DNA of 64,000 bases from Lytechinus pictus (Eukaryota), in assembly GCF_037042905.1 (NCBI RefSeq), contig NC_087250.1, positions 24,430,001 through 24,494,000 on the forward strand, given 5' to 3'. Positions 13,471 to 25,019 of the stretch are shown in pieces. Each line of letters starts with the position of its first letter. Within the stretch, counting starts at the first letter, position 1. Below the pieces are notes generated by a model. That model searched no databases and was not told the DNA's origin. It was given only the letters and a program-made list of their open reading frames with translations. A program made the position numbers and the translations under genes.

Positions 13471-14397
13471 CGCTACTGTTCACAGGTACGGAAATATGAC
13501 TAGCAGCCCTCATCTGCTATTATAACTGTCGAACCCCTTCTACTATTATGACTAGCGACCTCATCTGCTATTATGACTGGCGACCCTCTTCTAATATTAT
13601 GACTGGGCCAGCGAACCCCATCTACTATTATGACTGGCTAACCCCTTCTACTTTTCTGACTGGTGACCCTCTTCTAATATTATGACTAGCGACCCTTATC
13701 TACTATCAGGACTGGCGAACCCCGGTCATCTACTTTATTACTGGCGAACTCCTCTTACTATTATGACTAGCGACCCTTATCTACTATTATGACTAGGGAA
13801 CCCGTTCTACTATTATGACTGGCGAACCCCTTCTACTATTATGACTTGCGACCCTCATCTACTATTATGACTGGCGAACTCCTTCTACGATTATGTTTAG
13901 CGACCATCATCCTCTATTGTGACTGGCGACCCTCATCTACTATTATGACTGGCGAACCCCTTCTACGATTATGTTTAGCGACCATCATATTCTATTGTGA
14001 CTGGCGAACCCCTTTTAATATTATAACTGGCGAACCCCTTCTACTATTATGGCTGGCGACCCCCATCTACTTTTATGACTGGCGAAGCCCTTCTACTATT
14101 ATGACTGGCGACCCTCATTTACTATTATGACTGGCGAACCCCTTCTACGATTATGTTTAGCGACCCTCATCTTCTATTGTGACTGGCGACTCTCTTCTGA
14201 TATTATGACTGGCGACCCTCATTTACTATTATGACTGGCGAACCCCTTCTACGATTATGTTTAGCGACCCTCATCTTCTATTGTGACTGGCGACTCTCTT
14301 GTGATATTATGACTGGCGACCCTCTCCTAATATTTTGACTGGCGAACCCCACCTACTATTATGACCGGCGTACCCCTTCTACTATTATGACTGGCGA

Positions 14398-14516
14398 CAC
14401 TGGTGGACCGTGACCCGGAGGAGACAAAGCATTGGGGGGGGGGGGCACAGCATTGTTCACAAACAATACAGTGCCCCTCCAATGCTTTGTCTTCTCCGGG
14501 TCACAGTCCGCTACTG
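14398..14516. mobile_element. hAT-like hairpin MITE, copy 1
   Basis: CACTGGTGGACCGTGACCCGGAG ... CTCCGGGTCACAGTCCGCTACTG with 8-bp TSD ACTGGCGA. Confidence 0.85.
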
Positions 14517-15148
14517 ACTGGCGACAATCATCTATTATTACGAATGGCGACCCTCTTCTAATATTATAACTGGCGAACCCCTTCTACTATTATGGCTGGC
14601 GACCCCCATCTACTTTTATGACTGGCGAAGCCCTTCTACCTTTATGACTGACGACAGTCATCTATTATTACGAATGGCGACCCTCTTCTAATATTATATC
14701 TGGCGAACCCCTTCTACTATTATGGCTGGCGAACCCCTTCTACGATTATGTTTAGCGACCCTCATCTTCTATTGTGACAGGCGACTCTCTTCTGATATTA
14801 TGACTGGCGACCCTCTCCTAATATTATGACTGGCAAACCCCATCTACTATTTTGACTGGCGAACCCCTTCTACTATTATGACTGGCGAACCCCTTCTACT
14901 ATTATGGCTGGCGACCCCCATCTACTTTTATGACTGGCGAAGTCCTTCTACTATTATGACTGGCGACCCTCATCTACTATTATGACTGGCGAACCCCTTC
15001 TACGATTATGTTTAGCGACCCTCATCTTCTATTGTGACTGGCGACTCTCTTGCGATATTATGACTGGCGACCCTATCCTAATATTTTGACTGGCGAACCC
15101 CACCTACTATTATGACCGGCGAACCCCTTCTACTATTATGACTGGCGA

Positions 15149-15264
15149 CACTGGTGGACCGTGACCCGGAGGAGACAAAGCATTGGGGGGGAGCACAGCA
15201 TTGTTCACAAACAATACAGTGCCCCTCCAATGCTTTGTCTTCTCCGGGTCACTGTCCGCTACTG
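15149..15264. mobile_element. hAT-like hairpin MITE, copy 2
   Basis: Same element, TSD and flanks as 14398-14516. Confidence 0.85.
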
Positions 15265-16052
15265 ACTGGCGACAATCATCTATTATTACGAATGGCGACC
15301 CTCTTCTAATATTATAACTGGCGAACCCCTTCTACTATTATGGCTGGCGACCCCCATCTACTTTTATGACTGGCGAAGCCCTTCTACCTTTATGACTGAC
15401 GACAGTCATCTATTATTACGAATGGCGACCCTCTTCTAATATTATATCTGGCGAACCCCTTCTACTATTATGGCTGGCGACCCCCATCTACTTTTATGAC
15501 TGGCGAAGCCCATCTTCTTTCATGACTGGCGAACCCCACCTACTATCATGACGGGCGACCCTCATCTACTATTATGACTGGCGAACCCCTTGTACTATTA
15601 TGACTGGCGACAATCATCTATTATTACGAATGGCGACTCTCTTCTAATATTATAACTGGCGAACCCCTTCTACTATTATGGCTGGCGACCCCCTTCTACG
15701 ATTATGTTTAGCGACCCTCATCTTCTATTGTGACAGGCGACTCTCTTCTGATATTATGACTGGCGACCCTCTCCTAATATTATGACTGGCAAACCCCATC
15801 TACTATTTTGACTGGCGAACCCCTTCTACTTTTATGACTGGCGAAGTCCTTCTACTATTATGACTGGCGACCCTCATCTACTATTATGACTGGCGAACCC
15901 CTTCTACGATTATGTTTAGCGACCCTCATCTTCTATTGTGACTGGCGACTCTCTTGCGATATTATGACTGGCGACCCTATCCTAATATTTCGACTGGCGA
16001 ACCCCACCTACTATTATGACCGGCGAACCCCTTCTACTATTATGACTGGCGA

Positions 16053-16170
16053 CACTGGTGGACCGTGACCCGGAGGAGACAAAGCATTGGGAGGGGGAGC
16101 ACAGCATTGTTCACAAACAATACAGTGCCCCTCCAATGCTTTGTCTTCTCCGGGTCACGGTCCGCTACTG
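16053..16170. mobile_element. hAT-like hairpin MITE, copy 3
   Basis: Same element, TSD and flanks as 14398-14516. Confidence 0.85.
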
Positions 16171-16838
16171 ACTGGCGACAATCATCTATTATTACGAATG
16201 GCGACCCTCTTCTAATATTATAACTGGCGAACCCCTTCTACTATTATGGCTGGCGACCCCCATCTACTTTTATGACTGGCGAAGCCCTTCTACCTTTATG
16301 ACTGACGACAGTCATCTATTATTACGAATGGCGACCCTCTTCTAATATTATATCTGGCGAACCCCTTCTACTATTATGGCTGGCGACCCCCATCTACTTT
16401 TATGACTGGCGAAGCCCATCTTCTTTCATGACTGGCGAACCCCTTCTACTATTGTGACTGGCGACCCTCATCTACTATTATGACTGGCGAACCCATTCTA
16501 CCATTATGCCTGGCGAACCCCTTCTACTATTATGGCTGGCGACCCTCATCTACTATTATGACTGAAGGACCCCACCTACTATCATGACGGGCGACCCTCA
16601 TCTACTATTATGACTGGCGAACCCCTTGTACTATTATGACTGGCGACAATCATCTATTATTACGAATGGCGACCCTCTTCTAATATTATAACTGGCGAAC
16701 CCCTTCTACTATTATGGCTGGCGACCCCCATCTACTTTTATGACTGGCGAAGCCCATCTTCTTTCATGACTGGCGAACCCCTTCTACTATTATGGCTAGC
16801 GACCCTCAACTATTATTATGACTGGCGAACCCCACCTA

Positions 16839-17103
16839 CACTGTTTAAAAAAACCCTGATTTTACAGAAAAAAGCAATAACAGAATCATTCTGTAAATTC
16901 ATATAACAGGAATGTTTCTGCAATTTAACAGAACAGGTCTGTTTAAAAAGGGGAAAAGGGTGTTTTATTTAAGGAAATTTGTAAGGTTCCATACATCAAA
17001 TACCAATTTCCTGTAAGATTACGGAATCTGGTAAAATTACTGGTGTTGTCTAGACTCTGCTGCAGGAACTTCTTTTATTTTAAGGATACATTTTCTAACA
17101 GTG
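16839..17103. mobile_element. CACTG-terminus (EnSpm/CACTA-like) MITE inserted in the satellite
   Basis: TA|CACTGTT ... AACAGTG|TA. Removing it restores the unit CCCACCTACTATTATGAC. Confidence 0.85.
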
Positions 17104-17817
17104 TACTATTATGACGGGCGACCCTCATCTACTATAATGACCGGCGAACCCCTTGTACTATTATGACTAGCGCCCCTCATCTACTATTATGACTGGCGAC
17201 CCTTTTTAATATTATGACTGGCGAACCCTTTGTACTATTATGACTAGCGACCCCATATTGTTATGACTGGCGACCCTCATCTACTATTATGACTTGCGAC
17301 CCTCATCTACTATTATGACTGGCAAACCCCTTCTACTTTTATGAATAGCGACCCTCGTCTACTATTGTGACAGCCGACCCTCTTCTGATATTATGACTGG
17401 CGACCCTCATCTACTATTATGACTTGCGACCCTCATCTACTATTATGACTGGCAAACCCCTTCTACTTTTATGAATAGCGACCCTCATCTACTATTGTGA
17501 CAGCCGACCCTCTTCTGATATTATGACTGGTGAACCTCTTCTACTATTATGACTGGTAACCCTCATCTACTTTTATGACTGGCGACATTTATGATCAACG
17601 AACCGTTCTCCTCCTTATGTCTAGCAACCCTCTTCCTTGATTATGATTAGCGAACCTCTTCGTTGATTATAAATGGTGAACCATATCGTTGATTATGACT
17701 AGCGACCTCTATGAAGGTAGACCCTTATGAAAAACGACCGTTGCGACTATTATGCCTAGCGGGTATTATGACAAGTAGTCCTTATGACTAGCGGGTGGAA
17801 CTCGCTATAACTATTAT

Positions 17818-18006
17818 GGCAAGAATAAAGTGACATGCTGCAATCCATACACGTTTAGTCACAATGTCAAAGCAGGAAATGACGAAAGTGTCGAGATGGA
17901 GGATTTCGATGACGATGGTATATGGGCCTTTTTTTTAGATCAGGATGGTGAATACAACGGGGAAGAGGATGTCCCTGAATACCTTGCAGAGGACGATTGT
18001 GAATAA
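17818..18006 (+). pseudogene. Possible C-terminal remnant of a transposase (Cys motif and acidic tail)
   Basis: Open frame GKNKVTCCNPYTFSHNVKAGNDESVEMEDFDDDGIWAFFLDQDGEYNGEEDVPEYLAEDDCE* just inside the right Academ-like arm. The assignment is inference. Confidence 0.4.
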
Positions 18007-18156
18007 AGAAACTTCTCAGATTTGCTAAAATTTGGAAAATGTTGCTTTTTCCCAAAGGCTGAACGAATAGGCATATATAATATCGCGACAGTTTTGAACC
18101 ACTAGTGACACACCAAACAACATTCAGCGAAGATGAAGTGTTTACCATTGCTTGAG
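17867..18156 (-). CDS. Candidate terminal exon of the ankyrin-repeat gene (possibly cryptic or transposon-derived)
   Basis: Acceptor TTTCTTACTCAG at 18157. Phase matches the 18881 donor and the frame is open to TGA at 17867. The peptide has no recognisable domain. Confidence 0.3.
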
Positions 18157-18289
18157 CTGAGTAAGAAACAAAATAACTAAATCAACCTCTGCCATATTTT
18201 GACATACACTATTTGAATAGGTTGTAATGCAATAAATGAGGGTAGATACATTTTTTTCTTTCTCTCTTTGTATTTCTTTGTTGGCAGGA

Positions 18290-18815
18290 TTCATAATGGC
18301 TGATCTGCATGCAATATTTACATTGAATTTGATCTAAGGATGATCCCATATTGCAAACTTATTAACCGAAATGGACTCTACTCACTCTAAAACCCCTTAA
18401 AATAGGTATTCCTCATCATTCTGGAGCGAAGGGTTCATAAGTGTTTTGTTTCAAGATGGCGTCGACCTTGCAGCCATCTTGGATTCGACCTAAATTTGAC
18501 CTAATTATATTGCAAAACTTACAAAAGAGATGGGTTCTACATACCCCAAAAACCTATTTAAAAAAAGGGTATTCCTCATCATTCTGAGGCAAGAGGATCG
18601 TTCAAAAGTTTATCAAAATGGCATTTGGCGGCCATTTTGGATTTATGCAAATTCGCAAAATTGCCTAAAGTTGCCGCTTGGGCAACCAAGCTGAATTTGT
18701 TCTATGACCCCATAGGAACATAGGAAATCAATCAAGAAAATAAATAATAATCGGAAAGAACATTTCTAGGTACTTAAAGTGTCAAATGAACAAAAATGTC
18801 TCTCTAAATAAACTA
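18290..18815 (-). mobile_element. Right terminal arm of an Academ-like DNA transposon (ends ...AACTA)
   Basis: Inverted match to 10529-11170 (GGCGGCCATTTTGGATTTATGCAAATT...GGGCAACCAAGCTGAATT). Confidence 0.55.
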
Positions 18816-18880
18816 TAGGTACTTCATTCGGTTGATTAGGGGAAGCAATTTCAATGCTTTAATCTCAGGAATATTCTTAC

Positions 18881-18915
18881 CTCTACTAGACGGTGTAGAA
18901 TCCAATGAAGGTGAT
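18881..18915 (-). CDS. Ankyrin-repeat gene, 35-bp exon (RSPSLDSTPSSR)
   Basis: TTTGCAG acceptor, GTAAG donor, and phase compatible with the previous exon. Confidence 0.7.
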
Positions 18916-19319
18916 CTGCAAATGATAACAACAAAAAATCGAACATGCATCTTTCAGTAACAAATGTCAAACTTTCCACAATTTTAAAAATGTCATGTAA
19001 TTTAGTAGGATAAATATAATATCTGGTACACTGCTACCTGATTGTAAGTACAACGTGATATGTTTTCAGCAACAAAAATGTGAATAAGTTGCATTCAATT
19101 TACATTTCATAAAACAAATTATCAAGGAAACTTTGAGAACCTTACACCTGTAAACCACAAAAAACCACTACAGAAATGTGTTTTCTGATGGTTTCATTCC
19201 ATGCTACTATCATGAACCATCCTTATAGTAACGGGTGAACAGGTGAATCAATGATTTCAGGAAGTTTAATGTACATTAACAAACTCCTTTTCTACATCTG
19301 GCTATACAACATTAGTTAC

Positions 19320-19477
19320 CTAGACAAGATCATCTGTCTGACTAACTCATCCCTTGCATAGTCGATCGGTAGGTTGCCTGCTTTATCCTTTATATCAATC
19401 CTAGCTCCATGCTCTAAGAGAAAGAATACCAATTCCTTCTCAGGAGATAGACCGCCATCGTAGTACTCTTTAGATAT
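19320..19477 (-). CDS. Ankyrin-repeat gene, 158-bp exon (ISKEYYDGGLSPEKELVFFLLEHGARIDIKDKAGNLPIDYARDELVRQMILS)
   Basis: CTACAG acceptor and GTAAC donor. Encodes a capping ankyrin-like motif. Phase 0 matches the donor at 20938. Confidence 0.85.
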
Positions 19478-19604
19478 CTGTAGTGGACGATTAACTTAGT
19501 TTATCTGGTAGTACATACTAAATTTGTTTCCATTTTGTGTACAACATATAACGATTTTTAGCCTTAAGGTGCACTCTATTCCCTTACCGGCTTAAAAGTG
19601 GTCC

Positions 19605-19737
19605 TGAGTCACGTAACATAAAGGTTAGCAATTAAGCGTAGGGTTGATATTCACGATTGATTGTACATTTTAGTCAATGCAAATCAAACGTAGAATAATG
19701 TTGTACGATCATTGCTAAGCTTTCTGTAACGGACCCA
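19605..19737 (-). mobile_element. Small Harbinger-like MITE, same family as 29987-30112
   Basis: CGTAACATAAAG ... CTTTCTGTAACGG inverted ends; the interior matches 29987-30112. Confidence 0.6.
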
Positions 19738-19979
19738 TGTAGTCGACTTTTTCAAATCATGTGGCTTGTTCCATGGAAATACTGCTTGTATTAACGATAA
19801 TTAAGACGTTTCAGCAGAATAATTTTCTATTATTCTAAGAGAATCTAAATAAAAAAGCTACATGCTCACTCCTTTCCTATCTGGATTAAGCAAAAATTTA
19901 GCCGTTCTTACCACTAATAATCAGTGGAAGCCCGCAAGAAAGATTGGAAAAATAGTCTCAGTATCCTTCAGAATTATCT

Positions 19980-20560
19980 TTTTTTTGTCTCCCCTGCATA
20001 GCAGAGCGAGGTGCCGCTTTTCCGACGGTGACGGCGACGGCGGCGTCGTCAACATTGAAATCTTAACCAAGGTTAAGTTTTCGGAATGTCATCATAACCT
20101 AGAAAGTATATGAACCTAGTTCATGTAAATTGGGCATAAGGGTAATCAAGTAATACTAAACATCCTGCCTGAGTTTCAGGTCACATGATTTAGGTCAAAG
20201 GTCATTTATAGTCAATGTACTTAGACCATGTTGGGGGATCTATATCTAAATCTTAACCAAGGTTAAGTTTTTAAAATGTTGTCATAACTTAGAAAGTATA
20301 TAGACCTAGTTCATGAAGCCAAGACATAAGGGTAATAGTGTATCACTAAACATCTTTTCCGAGTTTCAAGTCACATGATTAAGATCAAAGGTCACTTAGG
20401 GCCAACGAACTTTGAGCATGTTTTTTGAATTGTCATCATAACTTAGAAATTTTATGGATCTACACATGTAGTTCATTTAGTTAATATCACAGACATAACG
20501 GTAATCAAGTATGTTTTGCACATGTCTTATGTCACATGATCGAGGTCAAATTTCATGTTT
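19980..20560 (+). mobile_element. Helentron/DINE-1-like non-autonomous element with internal tandem repeats
   Basis: T-run start, short GC-rich GACGGC tract, then ~180-bp tandem units containing AGGTCAAAGGTCA. Confidence 0.45.
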
Positions 20561-20938
20561 GGTCAAAAGACTTTTTACATCCTACTTCCTAAAGCTGCAA
20601 CATTGGATAATGTTTAACATTGCGATGAATGAGGATTTCCTGTGCACTTTTTTTCTAATTTCCAGAAATCATCTGAGCATTTCGGGGGCTAAAATCACCC
20701 CATGCCCCATGTAATATTTTCCTGCTCCGTATGAAAAGTAGATTATCTGTTTTAAATGAGTTGATAGGAAAATGATTATCTCCAGAAGAATTATAGTGAA
20801 TTATTTGTCTTGAAAAACTACCACACTCCTTTGCTTATTGAATATCTAAATCACAAATAATATAGTCCTAATAATAAATGTGGAAACAGACAAATGAAAG
20901 TAAATGTATGTAGAGTTCCTTCCAGGAAAATTACGTAC

Positions 20939-23900
20939 CTTGGTATTCGACTTGTCTCGCTGTGCCTTATCCACCTCAGCTCCCTCACTGATCAGGCCCT
21001 CGGTGATATCAAGGTAATCATGCATAGCAGCAATGTGTAATGCAGTCAAACCATCATTAGCTCCCTTATTAACCTCAGCTCCTTGACTGATCAGATACTT
21101 GATGACGTCAACATGACCATTGTTAGCAGCACTGTGTAATGCAGTCAAACCATCATTATCTCCCTTATTAACCTCAGCTCCTTGACTGATCAGATACTTG
21201 ATGACGTCAACATGACCATTGTCAGCAGCACTGTGTAATGCAGTCCAACCATCATTATCTTCCTTATTAACCTCAGCTCCTTTACTGATCAGATATTTGG
21301 TAACATCAACATGACCGATGCTAGCAGCACTGTGTAATGCAGTCCAACAATCATTATCTTCCTTATTTACCTCAGCTCCTTGACTGATTAGATACTTGAT
21401 GACGTCAATATGCGCTTTCTGAGCAGCACTGTGTAATGCAGTCCAACCATCATCTCTTCCCTTATTGACCTCAGCTCCTTGACTGATCAGATACTTGATG
21501 ACGTCAACATGACCATTGTTAGCAGCACTGTGTAATGCAGTCGAACCATCATTATCTTCCTTATTAACCTCAGCTCCTTTACTGATCAGATATTTGGTAA
21601 CATCAACATGACCGATGATAGCAACACTGTGTAATGCAGTCCAACAGTCATTATCTCCCTTATTAACCTCAGCTCCTTGACTGATTAGATACTTGATGAC
21701 GTCAATATGCCCTTTCTGAGCAGCACTGTGTAATGCAGTCCAACCATCATCTCTTCCCTTATTAACCTCAGCTCCTTGACTGATCAGATACTTGATGACG
21801 TCAACATGACCATTGTTAGCAGCACTTTGTAATGCAGTCAAACCATCATTATCTCCCTTATTAACCTCAGCTCCTTGACTGATCAGATACTCGATGACGT
21901 CAACATGACCATTGTCAGCAGCACTGTGTAATGCAGTCCAACCATCATTATCTTCCTTATTAACCTCAGCTCCTTGACTGATCAGATACTTGATGACGTC
22001 AACATGACCATTATCAGCAGCACTGTGTAATGCAGTCCAACCATCATTATCTTCCTTATTAACCTCAGCTCCTTTACTGATCAGATATTTGGTAACATCA
22101 ACATGACCGATGCCAGCAGCACTGTGTAATGCAGTCCAACAATCATTATCTTCCTTATTTACCTCAGCTCCTTGACTGATCAGATACTTGATGACGTCAA
22201 CATGACCATTGTTAGCAGCACTGTGTAATGCAGTCCAACCATCATTATCTTCCTTATTTACCTCAGCTCCTTGACTGATCAGATACTTGATGACGTCAAC
22301 ATGACCATTGTCAGCAGCACTGTGTAATGCAGTCCAACCATCATTATCTTCCTTATTAACCTCAGCTCCTTTACTGATCAGATATTTGGTAACATCAACA
22401 TGACCGATGCTAGCAGCACTGTGTAATGCAGTCCAACAATCATTATCTTCCTTATTTACCTCAGCTCCTTGACTGATTAGATACTTGATGACGTCAATAT
22501 GCGCTTTCTGAGCAGCACTGTGTAATGCAGTCCAACCATCATCTCTTCCCTTATTGACCTCAGCTCCTTGACTGATCAGATACTTGATGACGTCAACATG
22601 ACCATTGTTAGCAGCACTGTGTAATGCAGTCGAACCATCATTATCTTCCTTATTAACCTCAGCTCCTTTACTGATCAGATATTTGGTAACATCAACATGA
22701 CCGATGATAGCAACACTGTGTAATGCAGTCCAACAGTCATTATCTCCCTTATTAACCTCAGCTCCTTGACTGATTAGATACTTGATGACGTCAACATGAC
22801 CATTGTTAGCAGCACTGTGTAATGCAGTCCAACCATCATTATCTCCCTTATTAACCTCAGCTCCTTTACTGATCAGATATTTGGTAACATCAACATGACC
22901 GATGCTAGCAGCACTGTGTAATGCAGTCCAACAATCACTATCTTCCTTATTTACCTCGGCTCCTTGACTGATCAGATACTTGATGACGTCAACATGACCA
23001 TTGTTAGCAGCACTATGTAATGCAGTCCAACCATCATTATCTCCCTCATTAACCTCAGCTCCTTGACTGATCAGATACTTGATGACGTCAACATGACCAT
23101 TGTTAGCAGCACTGTGTAATGCAGTCCAACCATCATTATCTCCCTTATTAACCTCAGCTCCTTTACTGATCAGATATTTGGTAACATCAACATGACCGAT
23201 GCTAGCAGCACTGTGTAATGCAGTCCAACAATCATTATCTTCCTTATTTACCTCGGCTCCTTGACTGATCAGATACTCGATGACGTCAACATGACCATTG
23301 TCAGCAGCACTGTGTAATGCAGTCCAACCATCATCTCTACCCTTATTTACCTCAGCTCCTTGACTGATCAGATACTTGATGACGTCAATATGCCCTTTCT
23401 GATCAGCACTGTGTAATGCAGTCCAACCATCATCTCTACCATTATTTACCTCAATCCCTTGACTGATCAGATTCTCGATGACGTCAACATGACCATTGTC
23501 AGCAGCACTGTGTAATGCAGTCCAACCATCATTATCTTCCTTATTAACCTCAGCTCCTTTACTGATCAGATATTTGGTAACATCAACATGACCGATGCTA
23601 GCAGCACTGTGTAATGCAGTCCAACCATCATCTCTACCCTTATTTATCTCAGCTCCTTGACTGATCAGATACTTGATGACGTCAACTTGACCATTGTTAG
23701 CAGCACTATGTAATGCAGTCAAACCATCATTATCTCCCTTATTAACCTCAGCTCCTTGACTGATCAGATACTCGATGACGTCAACATGACCATTGTCAGC
23801 AGCACTGTGTAATGCAGTCCAACCATCATCTCTACCCTTATTTACCTCAGCTCCTTGACTGATCAGATACTTGATGACGCCAACATCACCATTGTAAGCA

Positions 23901-23989
23901 GCATTTAACATCGCATTACTCTCCTTAATATCTGTTCTAGCACTGCTGATGTTTTCTGATATACTTTCCTGAGTGTTTCCCCAATACAT
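20939..23989 (-). CDS. Ankyrin-repeat protein, main coding exon (~30 tandem 33-aa ANK repeats)
   Basis: Uninterrupted ORF with 99-bp periodicity; consensus DGWTALHSAAxxGHVDVIKYLISQGAEVNKGDN. Donor AAG|GTACGT at 20938 (phase 0). In-frame stop 9 codons upstream of the ATG at 23989. Confidence 0.95.
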
Positions 23990-24111
23990 TTTGTGCTGAT
24001 GTGTTTTCCATTCTGATTAATGACTTTCGATACTGCTTCAGCAACATAATAATCCCTCACCACACCTCTAACTCTCGTCTGGATCAATTTGCCAAATGTA
24101 ATTCACAATTT

Positions 24112-24194
24112 CTAAAAGCACCATTAAAAATACCAGAAAAATCCTATCACCATGCAGCAACACAGAGATGCCTATATTCCTCCTTTCTGCTTAC
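24112..24194 (-). other. Probable 83-bp 5'UTR intron of the ankyrin gene
   Basis: CAG|GTAAGC donor at 24194 and GCTTTTAG acceptor at 24112 on the minus strand. Confidence 0.45.
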
Positions 24195-25019
24195 CTGTTT
24201 GAAAATTTGCAGGCCAACTTGCTCGTTTAGAGCGCGATGTTGTAATTTTTTCACAATTGAGCTTTAGAATCATAAAGTAAATTTACATTGCAGATATCAC
24301 AAATCTCATCTATGGTGAGATCTTTATGTAAACAAGGTTTTAACCGCTGTCATAGACAGTAGACTAGGGGTTGAAGTTCAACCCCTATTTTCCCAAAAAG
24401 AGGAAGGGCTGAGGAGAAGAGGAAGTTAAAAGATAGGAGGAACAAATTTGAATAAAAGGGGATTGAAATGCATACAAAGTAAATAATAATAATAGTAATA
24501 ATAAATCAGGTCAAATAAAACAAGAAATTTGCAGTTTTCATGGCCCTGGGAAGTGGGGAGTATTCCAAAAGATGTTATGGAAATCAAGTTGGTATGTTAA
24601 CACGTAAAATTTTGACGAATATAATATTCAAATCACCATTTAAATAATCTTTTTTTATTCATCTATTATTGTTAATTAATTGTTAATTACCTTCATTTTG
24701 GTTTGGAGAAATATTCCTTTTTTTTCTTTCTTTTTCTTATCATTTTTTCCAAACCAGCACCCCCTCTTCGAAAATCATTCCCGGCCCGTGATTGCCTTGA
24801 GTGAGATCACTAGAGTAGGGATCGGGCCATCGGGGGGGGAGCTTGAATAAATTCAATAATATTTATTTCTTCATTCATTTTTATTCGTAGTTTTAATAGC
24901 GGTGCAAGATTTAAAAAGTGTCTTATTTCTTGAAATATTCTGCATGACGTCAGAGGCGTTAATTGAGTTTAGCATTATTTATTTCGGTCGATAGACGGCC
25001 TTGAAAATTTACTATGCCA

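Larger units (their letters stand above)
13490..17800. repeat. 26-bp tandem satellite (CTACTATTATGACTGGCGAACCCCTT / ...GACCCTCAT) with higher-order blocks
   Basis: Direct periodicity. Three-unit 78-bp subrepeats and 750-900 bp block duplications are visible; the edges are decayed. Confidence 0.95.

Noticed and set aside
13846..16068. ORFs 13846-14130 and 15886-16068
   Set aside because: Translations of the 26-bp satellite.
13490..17800. CRISPR-like array (short repeats with interspersed hairpins)
   Set aside because: Units are contiguous 26-mers with no unique spacers, the inserts are identical MITEs with TSDs, there are no cas genes, and the context is eukaryotic.
20846..20938. C-terminal 30 codons of the 1047-aa ORF
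   Set aside because: They lie past a phase-0 donor (AAG|GTACGT) that splices in frame to an ankyrin-like exon at 19477, so they are probably intronic.
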